64,000 nt of DNA. Origin: the human T2T-CHM13v2.0 reference genome, Homo sapiens. Below are positions 63,100 through 64,000 of the stretch, piece after piece. The position numbers were made by a program, and so were the translations under genes. The notes below the pieces were generated by a model, which ran no database searches, had not been told where the DNA came from, and saw only the letters and a program-made list of their open reading frames with translations. The number at the start of each line of letters is the position of its first letter. Position 1 is the first letter of the stretch. The stretch lies in assembly GCF_009914755.1 (NCBI RefSeq), contig NC_060926.1; one strand, written 5' to 3'.

Positions 63100-63900
63100 T
63101 TGCTCAGCTCTGAGTCATTTCAGGAGTCATCTTTGACTTTCATCTGTCTCTAAAGCCTTACATATAAGTCATCAGAAAATCTGCCTTTGAGATATATCTC
63201 CAGATTCTGTGAATTTCCAGGTACTTCCACCACAACTGTGGTCCACGCTACCATCATCTCTCAGCTGGGTTACTGCAAAGCCTCCTGTCTCCCTGCTCCC
63301 ACACTTGGCCAAATCTAGTTTAGTTTGTAGCCAGCCAGTGTGTTCCTTTTATAACTCAAATTGGATCATGTCACTTCTCTGCTAAGAACCCTTTAATTGA
63401 TCCTCGTGCTACTTGGGAAAAATCCAAAATCTCTACCATATCTTCATGACCTGGCTCCATGCTGCCTCTCAAATCGCCTACCCCTCTCACCCTCACTTGA
63501 GCCACACTGGATGCTTTGCTGTTCCTCAAACACACCAGACACACTTACTTCAGGGTCTTTGTGTTTTTAATTCCTCTGCCTGGACCATTTTCTCCCAGAT
63601 ACACACAGACATCACTTCCTCACTTCCTTCAGGTTTCTGCTCAAATTCATTGTATCAGGAACCCCTCCTCTAAAAACTCTTTCTTGGATAACACACATTC
63701 ATATTCTTCCTAGCCATTCTGTGCCTCCTTACTCTGATTGGCTTTTCTTCAGAGCACTTATCACTGCCTGAAATATTATTTGTTTATTGTCTGTCTTCCT
63801 GCACTAGAGTGTAAGCTCCCTGAGACCAGGGAGTTTGTTCTGTTCATGGCTTACCTCAGCTTCTAGAACAGTGCCTGATATGGGGTAAGCCCTTAAGAAA
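63100..63900 (+). mobile_element. L2 3' region
   Basis: ggatcatgtcacttctctgct..., ctagagtgtaagctccctgag..., cctcagcttctagaacagtgcctg. Confidence 0.8.
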
Positions 63901-64000
63901 CAGGTGTGGGGCTGGGCAGGGTGGCTCATGCCTGTAATCCCAGCACTTTGGGAGGCTGAGGCAGGAGGATGTCTTGATCCCGGGAGTTCAAGACCAGCTG

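Overview
Human (primate) genomic DNA containing the 5' half of PUM2 (Pumilio homolog 2, a PUF-family RNA-binding translational repressor) on the minus strand. It holds a CpG-island promoter and non-coding exon 1 (~48120-48365), a ~23 kb intron 1, and coding exons 2-7 (24842-24910, 16073-16181, 9772-9959, 9030-9199, 5843-6113, 5507-5600). All six have canonical GT-AG sites and splice in phase to give the first 294 codons (MNHDFQALALESRGMGE...AQQPHI). The PUM-HD exons lie beyond position 1. Introns and ~15 kb of upstream flank are dense in Alu, L1, L2, MIR, MER and LTR remnants, and almost all entries in the ORF track are repeat or GC-island artefacts. The most interesting signal is the control architecture around the start codon. 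Exon 2's 5'UTR reads as a fossil coding segment (V*SVDEM versus PUM1 VRSMDEL). Two tiny uORFs (MLL*, and MK* overlapping the AUG as AUGA) would be fused into one by an alternative donor. Intron 2 carries a stop-containing cassette exon and a recursive-splice-like AG|GT site. Exons 2-7 are bracketed by inverted Alus and could form an AUG-containing circRNA encoding a PUM-HD-less 299-aa product. Repeat subfamily names and boundaries were assigned by eye and are approximate. No prokaryotic-type system is present.
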